Assembly: GCA_041488675.1 (NCBI GenBank)
Contig: JBGPPR010000001.1
Span: 1 to 31,444, forward strand
From: Thermodesulfovibrionia bacterium
GTDB lineage: Bacteria; Nitrospirota; Thermodesulfovibrionia; Thermodesulfovibrionales; SM23-35
Direction of reading: 5' to 3'
DNA: 31,444 bases
In this document: positions 1 through 11,600 of the stretch, in pieces
How the letters are laid out: each line of letters opens with the position of its first letter
Position numbering within the stretch: the stretch's first letter is position 1
Position numbers and translations under genes: made by a program
The notes under the pieces: generated by a model
What the model was told of the DNA's origin: nothing
The model's database searches: none
Seen by the model: the letters and a program-made list of their open reading frames with translations, nothing else

Positions 1-11
1 AGGAGGGATAT

Positions 12-1211
12 ATGGCAAAGGCTAAATTTGAGAGGGTAAAGCCTCATGTAAATGTAGGGACGATTGGTCATATAGACCATGGGAAGACGACACTGACATC
101 AGCGATCACGAAGTACCTGGCAATGAAGGGGATGGCGCAGTACCGGTCATTTGACAGCATTGATAATGCGCCTGAGGAGAAGGCGAGGGGAATCACGATA
201 GCGACGGCACATGTAGAGTATGAGACGGACAAGAGGCACTATGCGCATGTTGATTGTCCTGGTCATGCTGATTACATAAAGAACATGATCACGGGGGCGG
301 CGCAGATGGACGGAGCGATTCTGGTAGTGGGTGCAAATGATGGGCCGATGCCGCAGACGAGGGAGCACATATTATTGGCGAGGCAGGTAGGGGTACCGTA
401 CATTGTGGTGTTCATGAACAAGGTAGACATGGTGGATGATCCTGAGCTTTTGGATTTAGTAGAGCTTGAGGTGAGGGAGCTGTTGACGAAGTATCAATTT
501 CCTGGGGACAAGATACCGGTGATCAGGGGCAGTGCATTGAAAGCGATGGAGAGCACGAGTACGGATATGAATGCAGAGGAATACAAGGGCATACAGGAGC
601 TGATGGATGCGGTAGACAGCTACATACCGACGCCTGAGAGGCCGATAGAGAAGCCATTTTTGATGCCGATAGAGGATGTATTTACGATTTCCGGACGCGG
701 GACAGTGGTAACGGGGAGAGTGGAGCGTGGAATAGTCAAGGTAGGAGAGGAAGTAGAGATCGTAGGGATACGGGAGACGAGGAAGACGGTAGCCACGGGG
801 GTGGAGATGTTCAGGAAGCTTCTGGATGAGGGACGAGCAGGAGACAACATTGGGGTATTGTTGAGGGGCACAGGCAAGGACGAGGTAGAGAGGGGGATGG
901 TGCTTGCTAAACCTGGGAGCATAACACCTCATACGAAATTCAAGGCAGAGGTATATGTATTGACGAAAGAAGAGGGTGGAAGGCACACACCCTTTTTCAA
1001 GGGATACAGGCCGCAATTTTATTTCAGGACGACCGATGTGACAGGAGTAGCGCAACTGCCTGAGGGGGTGGAGATGGTGATGCCGGGGGACAACACAAAT
1101 CTAACGGTAGAGCTGATAGCACCGATCGCTATGGAGAAGGAGTTGAGATTTGCCATCAGAGAGGGAGGAAGGACAGTCGGTGCAGGCGTTGTTACGGGAG
1201 TGCTGGAGTGA
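12..1211 (+). CDS. tuf: Elongation factor Tu
   Basis: 399 aa; GHIDHGKT P-loop, [27 protein letters not shown]; AGGAGG SD at 1-6. Confidence 0.99.
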   Translation: MAKAKFERVKPHVNVGTIGHIDHGKTTLTSAITKYLAMKGMAQYRSFDSIDNAPEEKARGITIATAHVEYETDKRHYAHVDCPGHADYIKNMITGAAQMDGAILVVGANDGPMPQTREHILLARQVGVPYIVVFMNKVDMVDDPELLDLVELEVRELLTKYQFPGDKIPVIRGSALKAMESTSTDMNAEEYKGIQELMDAVDSYIPTPERPIEKPFLMPIEDVFTISGRGTVVTGRVERGIVKVGEEVEIVGIRETRKTVATGVEMFRKLLDEGRAGDNIGVLLRGTGKDEVERGMVLAKPGSITPHTKFKAEVYVLTKEEGGRHTPFFKGYRPQFYFRTTDVTGVAQLPEGVEMVMPGDNTNLTVELIAPIAMEKELRFAIREGGRTVGAGVVTGVLE

Positions 1212-1216
1212 AAAGA

Positions 1217-1302
1217 ACACAGATGGCCGCAGATGTCACCAACAAATTCACACAGATGTCTTCTGCGATATTCTATATTTTTGTGTCAGTGATTATCTGT
1301 GT
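1217..1302. repeat. Short-repeat imperfect hairpin in the tuf-rpmG spacer (ACACAGATG/CCGCAGATG units)
   Basis: ACACAGATG 1217-1225 and 1250-1258, CCGCAGATG 1227-1235; inverted copies ATCTGTGT 1295-1302 and TCTGCG 1262-1267. Confidence 0.7.
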
Positions 1303-1320
1303 AGAAGAGGAAATGAGGAA

Positions 1321-1473
1321 ATGCGTGATATAATTCTTTTTCAATGCACAGAGTGCAAACATAGAAATTATTCGAGTATGAAGAATAAGAAGAATACACC
1401 GGACAAGCTTCAGTTGAAGAAATACTGCAGACATTGCAGGAGGCATACGGCACACAAAGAGATAAAGGCATAG
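1321..1473 (+). CDS. rpmG: 50S ribosomal protein L33 (Zn-ribbon, CxxC...CxxC form)
   Basis: ATG 1321 after GAGG; [17 protein letters not shown]...[17 protein letters not shown], 50 aa; C-terminal part of track ORF 1150..1473. Confidence 0.97.
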   Translation: MRDIILFQCTECKHRNYSSMKNKKNTPDKLQLKKYCRHCRRHTAHKEIKA

Positions 1474-1548
1474 GCCAGTAGCTCTAACGGCAAGAGCGTC
1501 GGACTCCAAATCCGAGGGTTGGGGGTTCAAATCCCTCCTGGCCTGCCA
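1472..1548 (+). tRNA. trnW: tRNA-Trp (anticodon CCA)
   Basis: Acceptor AGGCCAG/CTGGCCT, D stem GCTC/GAGC, anticodon stem TCGGA/TCCGA with loop CTCCAAA, T-loop TTCAAAT, discriminator G, encoded CCA end; 77 nt. Confidence 0.98.
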
Positions 1549-1608
1549 TGCATAAGTCATGGGGAAGGAAAGAAGACAAACTATGAACGGGTACGAATAC
1601 AGAAAAAG

Positions 1609-1794
1609 ATGATAAACAAGGTCAAGGAATTTTTAGGGGAAGTAAAAAAAGAAATAAAGAAAGTGGTTTTTCCCTCAAAGGATGAACTGATTGGTTCGAC
1701 CTGGGTTGTCATAATCACCGTTTTGGTTATTTCAATATTTCTGGGGTTTGTTGACCTCGGTCTTTCAAGACTGGTCGGGGTAGCACTAAGGTAA
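1609..1794 (+). CDS. secE: Preprotein translocase subunit SecE
   Basis: 61 aa from ATG 1609; FLGEVKKEIKKVVFPS motif plus one TM helix; between tRNA-Trp and nusG. The track start at 1519 lies inside the tRNA. Confidence 0.95.
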   Translation: MINKVKEFLGEVKKEIKKVVFPSKDELIGSTWVVIITVLVISIFLGFVDLGLSRLVGVALR

Positions 1795-1797
1795 AAA

Positions 1798-2322
1798 ATG
1801 GCAAAGAATTGGTATGTCGTTCACACATATTCAGGATATGAAGAGAAAGTGAAGCTCACGATAGAAGAGCGAAGAGATAAGAAAGGTCTTCAGGATAGAA
1901 TATCGAGAATTCTCATACCCACAGAGAAGATCATAGAGATCAAGAGTGGTAAGAAGAGAGAGAGTGATAAGAAATTTTATCCTGGGTATATCCTCGTGGA
2001 GATGGAAATGGATGACGAGACATGGCACCTTGTCAGGAATACACCACGAGTGACGGGATTTGTTGGCGGAACAACACCAGTTGCCCTCTCTGAGGAAGAG
2101 ATTGCTGTTATCCTTCAACAGCTTGAAAAGGGACCAATGCCGCAGGCTCGGACGAAGTTCTCGAAGGGAGAGCAGGTCAGGATCATCGATGGTCCCTTCA
2201 CAAATTTTGTTGGTTATGTGGAAGACTTTGATATAGACCATGGCAGGCTCAATGTTCTGGTCAGTATATTTGGCAGGCAAACGCCTGTAGAGCTTAATTT
2301 TTCTCAGGTAGAAAATGCATAA
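1798..2322 (+). CDS. nusG: Transcription termination/antitermination factor NusG
   Basis: WYVVHTYSGYE, FYPGYILVEM, VRNTPRVTGFVG, KOW domain, IFGRQTPVEL. Confidence 0.99.
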   Translation: MAKNWYVVHTYSGYEEKVKLTIEERRDKKGLQDRISRILIPTEKIIEIKSGKKRESDKKFYPGYILVEMEMDDETWHLVRNTPRVTGFVGGTTPVALSEEEIAVILQQLEKGPMPQARTKFSKGEQVRIIDGPFTNFVGYVEDFDIDHGRLNVLVSIFGRQTPVELNFSQVENA

Positions 2323-2341
2323 GGACCCTTAGGAGGTTTAG

Positions 2342-2773
2342 ATGGCGAAGAAAAAGGAAGTTACTGCTCAGGTCAAGCTCCAGATACCTGCAGGGAAGGC
2401 GAATCCGGCACCACCGGTAGGACCGGCTCTTGGTCCGCACGGTATCAACATCATGGAATTCTGTAAGTCCTTCAATGCACAGACCCAGACACTTGGAGAT
2501 ACTATAATACCTGTGGTATTAACGGTTTACGCGGATCGGTCCTTTACGTTCATAACCAAGACACCGCCTGCGTCAGACCTTCTGAAAAAGGCAGCAGGTA
2601 TCATAAAAGGTTCAGGCACACCGAACAAAGAAAAGGTTGCAAAAATAACATCAGCACAGGTGAGGGAGATAGCGCAGAGGAAGCTCCCGGATCTAAATGC
2701 CTATTCCCTTGATGAGGCTGAAAAGATAATAAAAGGTACCGCCAGAAGCATGGGTATCGAAATAATAGACTAA
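2342..2773 (+). CDS. rplK: 50S ribosomal protein L11
   Basis: [27 protein letters not shown]; AGGAGG SD. Confidence 0.99.
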   Translation: MAKKKEVTAQVKLQIPAGKANPAPPVGPALGPHGINIMEFCKSFNAQTQTLGDTIIPVVLTVYADRSFTFITKTPPASDLLKKAAGIIKGSGTPNKEKVAKITSAQVREIAQRKLPDLNAYSLDEAEKIIKGTARSMGIEIID

Positions 2774-2782
2774 GGGTGAAAA

Positions 2783-3475
2783 ATGGGAAAGAAGATGAAG
2801 GCAGCAGATGAAAAGATCGAGAGGGGCAAGGAATATTCTCTTGAAGATGCGATACGCCTTGTCAAAGATGCCTCTTATGTAAAGTTTGACGAGACTGTTG
2901 ACCTGGCTTTCAATCTTGGTATTGATCCGAAGAAATCGGACCAGATGGTTAAGGGATCAGTCGTCCTACCTCATGGGATAGGAAAGAAAGTGAGAGTTCT
3001 GGTTTTTGCAAAAGGGGAAAAAGAAAAAGAGGCTGGTGAAGCAGGTGCTGACATCGTCGGAGCGGAGGACCTTGTTGAGAAGATAACTAAAGGATGGCTT
3101 GATTTTGACAAAGCCGTTGCGACGCCTGATATGATGGGCATTGTAGGGAAATTAGGAAAAATACTCGGCCCGCGAGGGCTGATGCCAAACCCTAAACTTG
3201 GCACAGTCACTTTTGATATTACGAGGGCAGTGAAAGAGATAAAAGCAGGGAAGGTTGAGTATAGGGCAGAAAAGGCAGGGATTGTACATGTTGCGATAGG
3301 TAAGGTATCCTTCGATAATCATAAGCTTTTCGATAATGCGAAGGCAGTGGTTGACTCTATTCTCAAGGCCAAACCAGCAACAAGCAAAGGGAGGTATCTG
3401 AAGAAGATATCCATCTCATCAACTATGGGACCGGGGGTGGCGGTTGATATAGCATCTCTGGGAAAGGGGGTATAA
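2783..3475 (+). CDS. rplA: 50S ribosomal protein L1
   Basis: [36 protein letters not shown]. Confidence 0.99.
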   Translation: MGKKMKAADEKIERGKEYSLEDAIRLVKDASYVKFDETVDLAFNLGIDPKKSDQMVKGSVVLPHGIGKKVRVLVFAKGEKEKEAGEAGADIVGAEDLVEKITKGWLDFDKAVATPDMMGIVGKLGKILGPRGLMPNPKLGTVTFDITRAVKEIKAGKVEYRAEKAGIVHVAIGKVSFDNHKLFDNAKAVVDSILKAKPATSKGRYLKKISISSTMGPGVAVDIASLGKGV

Positions 3476-3476
3476 C

Positions 3477-3995
3477 CTGAAAAAGGGAAAGAAAGAACAG
3501 ATCATAAGTGAGCTTAATGACGAGTTTCATAGAGCAAGGGCGTTGATTTTTACCGATTACAGGGGATTGACCGTAGCTGAGCTTTCAGAATTCCGGGGTC
3601 TGCTGAGGGAGGGAGACATAAAATACAGGGTAGTGAAAAATACCCTCGCAAATATTGCATCTCGGGGGACTTCTGCTTCTGCTGCCCGGGACTCTTTCAG
3701 AGGTCCTGTCGGTGTCGTTATCAGTTTTGATGACCCTGTACTGACAGCGAAGCGGGTCCTCGAGTATTCGAAGAAGAATGAAAAGCTGAAGGTCGGCAGC
3801 GGAATCATTGAGGGAAGGTTCTGCATGCTTGATGATATAAAGGCTGTTGCTGAGCTGCCGTCCAAGAGGGTATTACTGTCCATGATTGCAGGTTCGTTGC
3901 AGGCGTCGATCGGCAAATGTGCAGCCGCCCTCAGTGCCACAATTCATGGTTTTATTCATGCGATGGAAGCATTGAAAAATAAAAGAAGTAGTTAG
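3477..3995 (+). CDS. rplJ: 50S ribosomal protein L10 (probable CTG start, 172 aa)
   Basis: DYRGLTVAEL, RVVKNTL, LPSK motifs. The frame is open upstream of the track start (TTG 3543) to TAG 3450. CTG 3477 follows AAGGGGG (3464-3470) and gives a typical L10 N-terminus (KKGKKEQIISELNDEF). The start is inferred. Confidence 0.93.
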   Translation: MKKGKKEQIISELNDEFHRARALIFTDYRGLTVAELSEFRGLLREGDIKYRVVKNTLANIASRGTSASAARDSFRGPVGVVISFDDPVLTAKRVLEYSKKNEKLKVGSGIIEGRFCMLDDIKAVAELPSKRVLLSMIAGSLQASIGKCAAALSATIHGFIHAMEALKNKRSS

Positions 3996-4072
3996 TGGTC
4001 AGCAGTCAGTAGTTAAGGGAAAATAGTAATATTCTCTTCTGACTGCTTACTGCTGACTATATAACTACTGAC
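3986..4072. repeat. Heptamer-repeat hairpin element (CAG[C/T]AGT units) spanning the rplJ stop and the rplJ-rplL spacer
   Basis: AAGTAGT TAGTGGT CAGCAGT CAGTAGT (3986-4013) and TCTGACT GCTTACT GCTGACT (4038-4058); perfect IRs 3998-4006/4049-4057 and 4005-4014/4063-4072. Confidence 0.8.
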
Positions 4073-4092
4073 AATACAAGGAGGATTGGAAA

Positions 4093-4476
4093 ATGGCTAT
4101 CACAAAGGAAGAGGTTTTTGAGTTTATCGACAACATGACGGTTCTCGAGATGTCAAAGTTCATAAAAGAATTTGAGGAGAGATACGGAGTTACAGCTGCA
4201 GCGCCCGTGGCTTTCGCTGTTATGCCAGGAGCTGCTGTAGGAGCCGCACCGGAAGTAGAAGAAAAGACAAGCTTTGATGTCATCCTGTCTGCTGCCGGTG
4301 AAAAGAAGATACAGGTCATAAAGGTTGTAAGAGAACTTACCGGACTCGGGCTCAAAGAGGCGAAGGACCTTGTTGACGGAGCTCCAAAGCCTGTTAAGAC
4401 AGGTGTTTCGAAAGAGGAAGCTGACTCAGTAAAAGCTAAGCTTGTGGAACAGGGAGCAACAGTCGAGATTAAATAG
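4093..4476 (+). CDS. rplL: 50S ribosomal protein L7/L12
   Basis: [34 protein letters not shown]; AAGGAGG SD 4078-4084. Confidence 0.99.
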   Translation: MAITKEEVFEFIDNMTVLEMSKFIKEFEERYGVTAAAPVAFAVMPGAAVGAAPEVEEKTSFDVILSAAGEKKIQVIKVVRELTGLGLKEAKDLVDGAPKPVKTGVSKEEADSVKAKLVEQGATVEIK

Positions 4477-4487
4477 GGCCTGATGTT

Positions 4488-4529
4488 CGGGATTAGGTTT
4501 GAAGAGCAGGAATGTCTCACCTAATCCCG
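4488..4529 (+). other. Perfect 11-bp inverted repeat (stem-loop) just after rplL; possible attenuator/processing site
   Basis: CGGGATTAGGT 4488-4498 and ACCTAATCCCG 4519-4529, 20-nt loop, no U-tract. Confidence 0.6.
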
Positions 4530-4671
4530 GTACGAAGAGAACAAGAATTCTTAGGAAAGAGCTTGAGAGATAAAACCATACAACATTTGATACAATACGA
4601 GAGTAAACCTTTTTAAGATTGAATATTTTGTCTAACCTAATTCCCAATCCGAGAAAGAAAAAAGGAGAAGT

Positions 4672-7600
4672 ATGCCTAGAGTTTTGAGAGAAAGATTACG
4701 TTTTGGAAATGTCCCCCTCTTTCTTGAAGTCCCTAACCTTGTCGAAATACAGAGGAGGTCCTTTGATAAGTTTGTGCAGAGAGATATACCACCTGACAAG
4801 AGGGAGGAGTTGGGATTGCAGTCCGCATTTCTCAGTGTCTTTCCGATAATGGATTACAATGAAACAGCCTCGATAGAGTTCTTAGGGTACATTGTGAGCG
4901 AACCAAAGTTCAGTGTTCGTGACTGTCTCCAGAAGGGGATTACCTATGCATCTGCGCTAAAGATCAAGGTGAAACTCAATTTCTGGGAAGTTGAGCAAAA
5001 GGGGAACAAGAGATTAAGAGAATCGAGAGAGGAAGATGTCTATGTCGGCGAAATGCCTTTGATGACAGATACGGGCACGTTCATTGTCAACGGCACGGAA
5101 CGTGTCGTTGTAAGTCAGCTTCACCGTTCTCCCGGAGTGTTTTTCAGTTACGACAAAGGGAAGACGCACTCAAGCGGAAGACTTCTCTATTCTGCGAGGG
5201 TGATTCCCTCAAGAGGTTCATGGCTCGATTTTGAGTTTGATGCCAAGGATATCTTGTACGTCAGGATCGATCGGCGGAAAAAGCTTCCCGCAACAATAGT
5301 TCTTAAAGCACTCGGTTATACGAATGAGGACCTCCTGAAAATATTCTATCCCGTCGAAATCATAAAGGTAGAGAAAAATAGATTTACACGTCCTGTCAGC
5401 GAAGTTCTTACAGGTATCAAATCTTCTCAGAACATTGTTGATCCTCACTCAAAGGAATTGATCGTTAAGGAAGGGAGTAAGATTACAAGAGGCGCTATTC
5501 GGAAAATGGATGCCTTTAAGATCAAGGAGATACCAATCTCGAGGGAAGAGATTCTCGGGAGGGTAACCTTGAAGGATATCATTGATCCATCGACAGGGGA
5601 GGTCATACTCGAGGGCAACGAGGTGATTACCGAGGATGCATTGAACAAGATTCTCTCCCTCAAGATCGATATGCTGAGCCTTCTCTTTATCGACAATGTC
5701 AATTATCTGCCTTCTCTCAGGGATACCCTCTTAACAGATGGCGTAAGTACGGGGGCTGAAGCCCTTGTGGAGGTTTACAAGAAACTCAGGCCTGGCGAGC
5801 CTCCTACCTTAAATGCGGCAAAGGCTTTGTTTAGCGGCTTGTTTTTTGACGCAAAACGGTATGACCTTGCACCTGTTGGACGCTTGAAATTGAACAAAAG
5901 ACTTGGTGTCGACGTCACCCTTGAAAACAGGGTGCTCACTGATAAAGACATTATAGAGATTGTCCGATATCTGTTCATTCTCAGGACCGGAAAGGGAGAG
6001 GTTGATGATATAGATCATCTGGGGAACAGGCGAGTCAGAGGCGTTGGGGAGCTTCTTGAAAACCAGTTCAGGATCGGACTCGTGAGAATGGAGCGGGCAG
6101 TAAAGGAAAAAATGACGCTTACAGACCTCGATACTGCCATGCCGCATGATCTCATCAATGCGAAACCCGTGGTAGCTGCTGTCAAGGAGTTTTTTGGTTC
6201 AAGCCAGCTCAGCCAGTTTATGGACCAAACAAACCCTCTCTCCGAAATCACTCATAAGCGGCGACTTTCTGCCCTCGGTCCCGGCGGTCTTACCCGTGAG
6301 AGAGCGGGTTTTGAAGTGAGAGATGTCCACCCAACACACTATGGGAGGATATGTCCGATAGAGACGCCGGAAGGTCCTAATATTGGACTGATAACCTCTC
6401 TTGCCACATACGCAAGGGTAAATGATTTTGGATTTATAGAAGTTCCTTATCGAAAAGTCCTGAATGGAAAGGTAACGAAAACAGTTGAATACCTCTCTGC
6501 AATAGATGGTGAAAAATATATTATTGCTGAGGCAACTTCATCAATGGATAAGCATGGCAATCTGCTTGGAGAAACTGTTTCTGCGAGAGTTGGCGGGGAC
6601 TTCAGGATGGTATTACCCCAGGAGGCACAGTACATGGATGTCTCTCCAAAGCAGATTGTTGGTGTCTCTGCTTCTCTCATACCTTTCCTCGAGAATGATG
6701 ACGCAAACAGGGCATTGATGGGGTCGAATATGCAGAGGCAGGCTGTACCTCTTTTAAATCCGGAAGCCCCGATTGTGGGTACAGGTATGGAAGACGTGGC
6801 AGCGCGGGATTCAGGTGCCCTTGTCCTGGCAAAAAGGGCGGGTGTCATTGAGAGTGTTGATGCATCCCGGATTGTCGTAAGGGTTTCCGATGATGGCAGA
6901 AGTGTAGATATATATAACCTCATAAAGTTTCACAGGTCTAATCAGGCAACATGCATTAACCAGAGACCGATTGTGAGAGTTGGTGATCTCGTCGAGCAAG
7001 ACGATATCCTCGCCGAAGGTCCTTCCACCGAGCTCGGCGATCTCGCCCTTGGCAAGAATGTCCTCGTGGCGTTTATGCCCTGGGGCGGGTACAATTTTGA
7101 GGATGCAATCCTCGTCAGTGAGCTACTTGTGAAGGATGATGTCTTTACGTCAATCCATATTGAAGAATTCGAGATCGAATCGAGAGAGACAAAGCTCGGC
7201 CCTGAAGAAATCACCAGGGATATACCCAATGTTGGCGAAGAGGCACTGAAAGATCTCGACGAGAGTGGGATTATTCGTACAGGCGCTGAAGTGAAGCCGG
7301 GGGATATTCTCGTAGGTAAAGTCACCCCGAAAGGAGAAACGCAACTCACGCCGGAAGAAAAACTCCTGAGGGCCATTTTCGGAGAAAAGGCAGAAGAAGT
7401 AAAGGAGAGTTGTCTGTATGTTCCTCCCGGAATAGAAGGAACGATTCTTGACGTGCGGATATTTTCAAGAAAAGGAACGGAGAAGGATGAAAGAGCAAAA
7501 AGCATAGAAGAAGAAGATATTCAGAGGTTACAGCGGGATTTCGAGGAAGAAGTGAGGATTATAAAGGAGGAGAAATTCAAAAGGTTTAGAGAACTCCTTA

Positions 7601-8604
7601 CGGGGCAAAAAGTCACCGAGGATGTAAGAGACCAAAAGACCAAGGAGGTTATGTGTCCTGAAGGCGGGAAACTCAAAGCTGAACATGTTAACCGGATAAA
7701 GGATGAACATCTGATGCGCATAAAGATTGAAACCGCGGCTATTCGCGAGAAGATGGAGGCTCTCCATAATGAAACGAGCCAGTACATCCGCTACCTTGAA
7801 TCGAGGTACGATGAAAGAATAGACCGGGTAAAGACTGGTGACGAACTCTCCCACGGAGTCAATAAGGTTGTCAAAGTATATGTTGCGATGAAACGGAAAG
7901 TCCAGGTCGGTGATAAGATGGCCGGCCGGCACGGCAATAAGGGGGTAGTTGCAATGATCCTTCCTGAAGAAGATATGCCGTATTTGCCTGACGGAACGCC
8001 TGTTGATATCGTTCTCAACCCCCTGGGAGTCCCGTCAAGGATGAACGTGGGGCAGATACTCGAGACACACCTGGGGTGGGCCGCAAAAGCCCTGGGACTG
8101 CATGTAGCAACTCCTGTCTTTGAGGGTGCAAAGGAATCAGATATAAAGGATTACCTCGGTAAGGCCGGTCTACCGAAATCCGGTCAGATAACCCTCTGCG
8201 ATGGCAGGACCGGCGAGCTCTTTGATAAACCTGTGACTGTCGGACAGATGTATATGATGAAACTCCATCACCTCGTAGATGATAAAATGCATGCCCGTTC
8301 CATCGGACCCTATTCTCTTGTTACGCAGCAGCCCCTCGGCGGGAAAGCCCAGTTTGGTGGACAGAGGCTCGGTGAAATGGAGGTATGGGCTCTCGAGGCG
8401 TACGGTGCGGCCTATACGCTTCAGGAATTTCTTACCGTTAAGAGTGATGATGTTACGGGAAGGGCACACATGTATGAAGCAATTGTGAAAGGAGATGCAA
8501 CCCTGGAACCTGGGATTCCGGAATCCTTTCATGTATTAATAAAAGAACTCCAGAGCCTCGGACTTGATGTAGAACTTCTGGAGAAAAAGGAGAAGGGAGA
8601 ATAA
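4672..8604 (+). CDS. rpoB: DNA-directed RNA polymerase subunit beta
   Basis: 1310 aa; [55 protein letters not shown]. Confidence 0.99.
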   Translation: MPRVLRERLRFGNVPLFLEVPNLVEIQRRSFDKFVQRDIPPDKREELGLQSAFLSVFPIMDYNETASIEFLGYIVSEPKFSVRDCLQKGITYASALKIKVKLNFWEVEQKGNKRLRESREEDVYVGEMPLMTDTGTFIVNGTERVVVSQLHRSPGVFFSYDKGKTHSSGRLLYSARVIPSRGSWLDFEFDAKDILYVRIDRRKKLPATIVLKALGYTNEDLLKIFYPVEIIKVEKNRFTRPVSEVLTGIKSSQNIVDPHSKELIVKEGSKITRGAIRKMDAFKIKEIPISREEILGRVTLKDIIDPSTGEVILEGNEVITEDALNKILSLKIDMLSLLFIDNVNYLPSLRDTLLTDGVSTGAEALVEVYKKLRPGEPPTLNAAKALFSGLFFDAKRYDLAPVGRLKLNKRLGVDVTLENRVLTDKDIIEIVRYLFILRTGKGEVDDIDHLGNRRVRGVGELLENQFRIGLVRMERAVKEKMTLTDLDTAMPHDLINAKPVVAAVKEFFGSSQLSQFMDQTNPLSEITHKRRLSALGPGGLTRERAGFEVRDVHPTHYGRICPIETPEGPNIGLITSLATYARVNDFGFIEVPYRKVLNGKVTKTVEYLSAIDGEKYIIAEATSSMDKHGNLLGETVSARVGGDFRMVLPQEAQYMDVSPKQIVGVSASLIPFLENDDANRALMGSNMQRQAVPLLNPEAPIVGTGMEDVAARDSGALVLAKRAGVIESVDASRIVVRVSDDGRSVDIYNLIKFHRSNQATCINQRPIVRVGDLVEQDDILAEGPSTELGDLALGKNVLVAFMPWGGYNFEDAILVSELLVKDDVFTSIHIEEFEIESRETKLGPEEITRDIPNVGEEALKDLDESGIIRTGAEVKPGDILVGKVTPKGETQLTPEEKLLRAIFGEKAEEVKESCLYVPPGIEGTILDVRIFSRKGTEKDERAKSIEEEDIQRLQRDFEEEVRIIKEEKFKRFRELLTGQKVTEDVRDQKTKEVMCPEGGKLKAEHVNRIKDEHLMRIKIETAAIREKMEALHNETSQYIRYLESRYDERIDRVKTGDELSHGVNKVVKVYVAMKRKVQVGDKMAGRHGNKGVVAMILPEEDMPYLPDGTPVDIVLNPLGVPSRMNVGQILETHLGWAAKALGLHVATPVFEGAKESDIKDYLGKAGLPKSGQITLCDGRTGELFDKPVTVGQMYMMKLHHLVDDKMHARSIGPYSLVTQQPLGGKAQFGGQRLGEMEVWALEAYGAAYTLQEFLTVKSDDVTGRAHMYEAIVKGDATLEPGIPESFHVLIKELQSLGLDVELLEKKEKGE

Positions 8605-8606
8605 GT

Positions 8607-11600
8607 TTGGCGGAGGAAATCTATTCAATCTTTCAGAAACCAAAAAATCCTTTAGACTTTGAGGCTATGAGGATTAGACTCGCATCACCTGAAAAGATCA
8701 GAGAATGGTCTTACGGTGAGGTGAAGAAACCGGAGACGATCAATTATCGAACCTTTAAGCCTGAAAGAGATGGTCTTTTCTGTGCAAAGATCTTCGGACC
8801 TGTAAAAGACTGGGAGTGTATTTGCGGCAAGTACAGGCGGATGAAGCACAGGGGTGTCGTGTGTGATAAATGTGGGGTTGAGGTTGTTCAGTCAAAGGTG
8901 AGGCGTGAACGGTTAGGGCATATAGAGCTCGCAAGCCCTGTAGCTCATATCTGGTTCCTGAAGGGGGTGCCGAGCAGAATAGGGACCTTGCTTGATATGA
9001 CAATGAGGCATCTTGAGAAGGTGCTCTATTTTGAAAACTACGTTGTAACAGATCCGGGAGACACAACCCTTAAAGAGAAGGAACTCCTTAGTGACGATGC
9101 AAAAAAGAAGAAGGACGCGGAATATGGTACACGATTCAAGGCAGGGATGGGTGCAGAGGCAATCAGGGAACTTCTAAGGAAGGTCGATATTGAGGCGCTC
9201 GCTGTGGAGATTAAGATGAAGGTCAAAGAGGCGTCATCACTCGGAGTAAAGAAGAAGCTTACAAAAAGGTTAAGAGTTGTGGAGGCATTCAGAAAGTCCG
9301 GCAATAAACCGGAATGGATGATCATGGATGTCATACCGGTTTTGCCTCCTGATCTCAGACCGCTCGTACCGTTAGAGGGCGGACGTTTTGCAACCTCTGA
9401 CCTGAACGATCTCTACCGGAGGGTTATCAACAGGAATAACAGGCTGAAAAGGCTGATGGAGCTGAAAGCGCCAAGTGTAATTATCAAGAATGAAAAGAGG
9501 ATGCTCCAGGAGGCTGTTGACGCGCTTTTCGATAACGGGAGGAGAAGCAAGATTCTGAAGACGACGACAAAAAGGCTCCTAAAGTCTCTAAGCGATATGA
9601 TAAAGGGAAAACAGGGTCGATTCAGACAGAATCTTCTCGGGAAACGTGTAGACTACTCAGGCAGGACTGTCATTGTTGTAGGTCCCGAGCTGAGGCTTCA
9701 TCAGTGCGGTCTTCCAAAGAGGATGGCTTTGGAGCTCTTTAAGCCCTTTATCTTCCACAAACTCGAAGAAAAAGGCTATGCTACGACGATCAAGGCCGCA
9801 AAAAAGCTTGTAGAGAAAGAGGAGTCTGAGGTATGGGATGCCCTCGAAGATGTCATACGGGAACACCCTGTACTCCTTAACCGGGCACCAACTCTTCACA
9901 GGCTTGGAATCCAGGCATTCGATCCGGTTCTCGTTGAAGGGAAGGCTATAAAACTGCATCCTCTCGTTTGTACTGCCTTTAATGCAGATTTTGACGGAGA
10001 CCAGATGGCTGTTCATATCCCCCTTTCGATAGAGGCTCAGGTAGAGGCAAGAGTTCTTATGATGTCGGTCAACAACATCCTTTCTCCTGCTAATGGAAAA
10101 CCTATCATCGTACCGACGCAGGATATGGTCCTCGGGATTTATTTTCTCACAAAAGAGAGAAAAGGTGCTAAAGGGGAAGGCAGAGTTTTCGCTGACCCTG
10201 AGGATGTGAGGGTTGCTTATGATGCGGGGATACTTGAAGAACATGCAAGAATAAAGGTTCGGATGAACGGGGAGTTTGTTGATACAACAACGGGCAGGAT
10301 TCTCTTCAGCGAGATTCTACCGAAGACGATTCCTTTTGAAATGATCAACAGGGATATTACCAAGAAAGAAATCGGTAAACTTATAGAATTCGCGTATAAG
10401 AGGGCCGGGAGGCGGGAAACGGTTGTCTTTCTTGACAATCTGGAAAAGATTGGTTTCCAGTATGCGACGAAGTCAGGTATATCTATCTGTATGGATGATA
10501 TGCACATACCGTCAAAGAAGGCAAGGCTGATAGAGATAGCGCAGCAGGAGGTTATCGAGGTTCAGAAACAATATAACGAAGGCCTTATTACCCATGGTGA
10601 ACGATACAACAAAGTAGTCGACATATGGGCAAACGCGACAGAGAAGATTGCCGACGAAATGATGAAGGAACTCGGCGCCGAAGCCGGCAAGCCTTTTTCT
10701 GAAGAAGAAGTCAAAGAAAGGAGATCTTTTAACAGCATCTTCATGATGGCTGACTCAGGTGCAAGGGGAAGTACTGCTCAGATAAGGCAGCTTGCAGGAA
10801 TGAGGGGCTTGATGGCAAAGCCCTCAGGCGAAATTATAGAAACACCAATAAAAGCGAATTTCAGGGAGGGATTATCTCCCCTTGAGTACTTCATCTCTAC
10901 CCATGGTGCAAGGAAGGGGCTTGCTGATACAGCGTTAAAGACGGCAAACTCGGGTTATCTGACGAGGAGGCTCGTCGATGTTTCACAGGATATTATTATT
11001 ACCGAGGATGACTGCGGGACGACAGACGGCATCGTCGTTTCATCCCTCGTGGAGGGCGGTGAGATCATACAGCCTCTTGAAGAGAGGATTTTTGGCAGAA
11101 TAGCTGCAGAGGATATCAAAGACCCTGTGACCAAAGAACTGGTGGTCAAGAGAAATCACGAAATAGACGATGAGCTTACCCAGAGGGTTATTGACGCGGG
11201 AATAGACAGGGTCAAAATAAGGTCGGTACTCACCTGTCAGTCAAAGTATGGAGTTTGTACGAAATGTTACGGCAGGGACCTCGCGAGGGGTGAACCTGTG
11301 GAGATCGGCGAGACTGTAGGAATTATAGCGGCTCAGTCCATTGGTGAGCCGGGCACACAGCTTACCATGAGAACTTTCCATATCGGTGGCGCGGCTGCGA
11401 GAGTAGTGGAACGGACAGTGCTTGAAAGCAAAAATCCCGGGATTATCAAGTTCATCAATATCAACACCGTAAGAAACCGGGAAGGTCTCTCCGTTGTCAT
11501 GAACAGGAACGGAAGCATCGCTGTTGTCGATCCAAAGGGGAGGGAGAAAGAGAAATACTCTGTTGTCTACGGGGCAAAGCTCCTCGTTGAGAATGGTCAG

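Noticed and set aside
1150-1320. N-terminal extension of rpmG in the ORF track
   Set aside because: Runs through the tuf end and the repeat spacer; L33 homology and SD begin at ATG 1321
1519-1608. Extended secE start
   Set aside because: Begins inside tRNA-Trp; SecE similarity starts at ATG 1609
4426-4647. 73-aa minus-strand ORF in the rplL-rpoB spacer
   Set aside because: Antisense to a highly transcribed operon, overlaps rplL, no motif or SD
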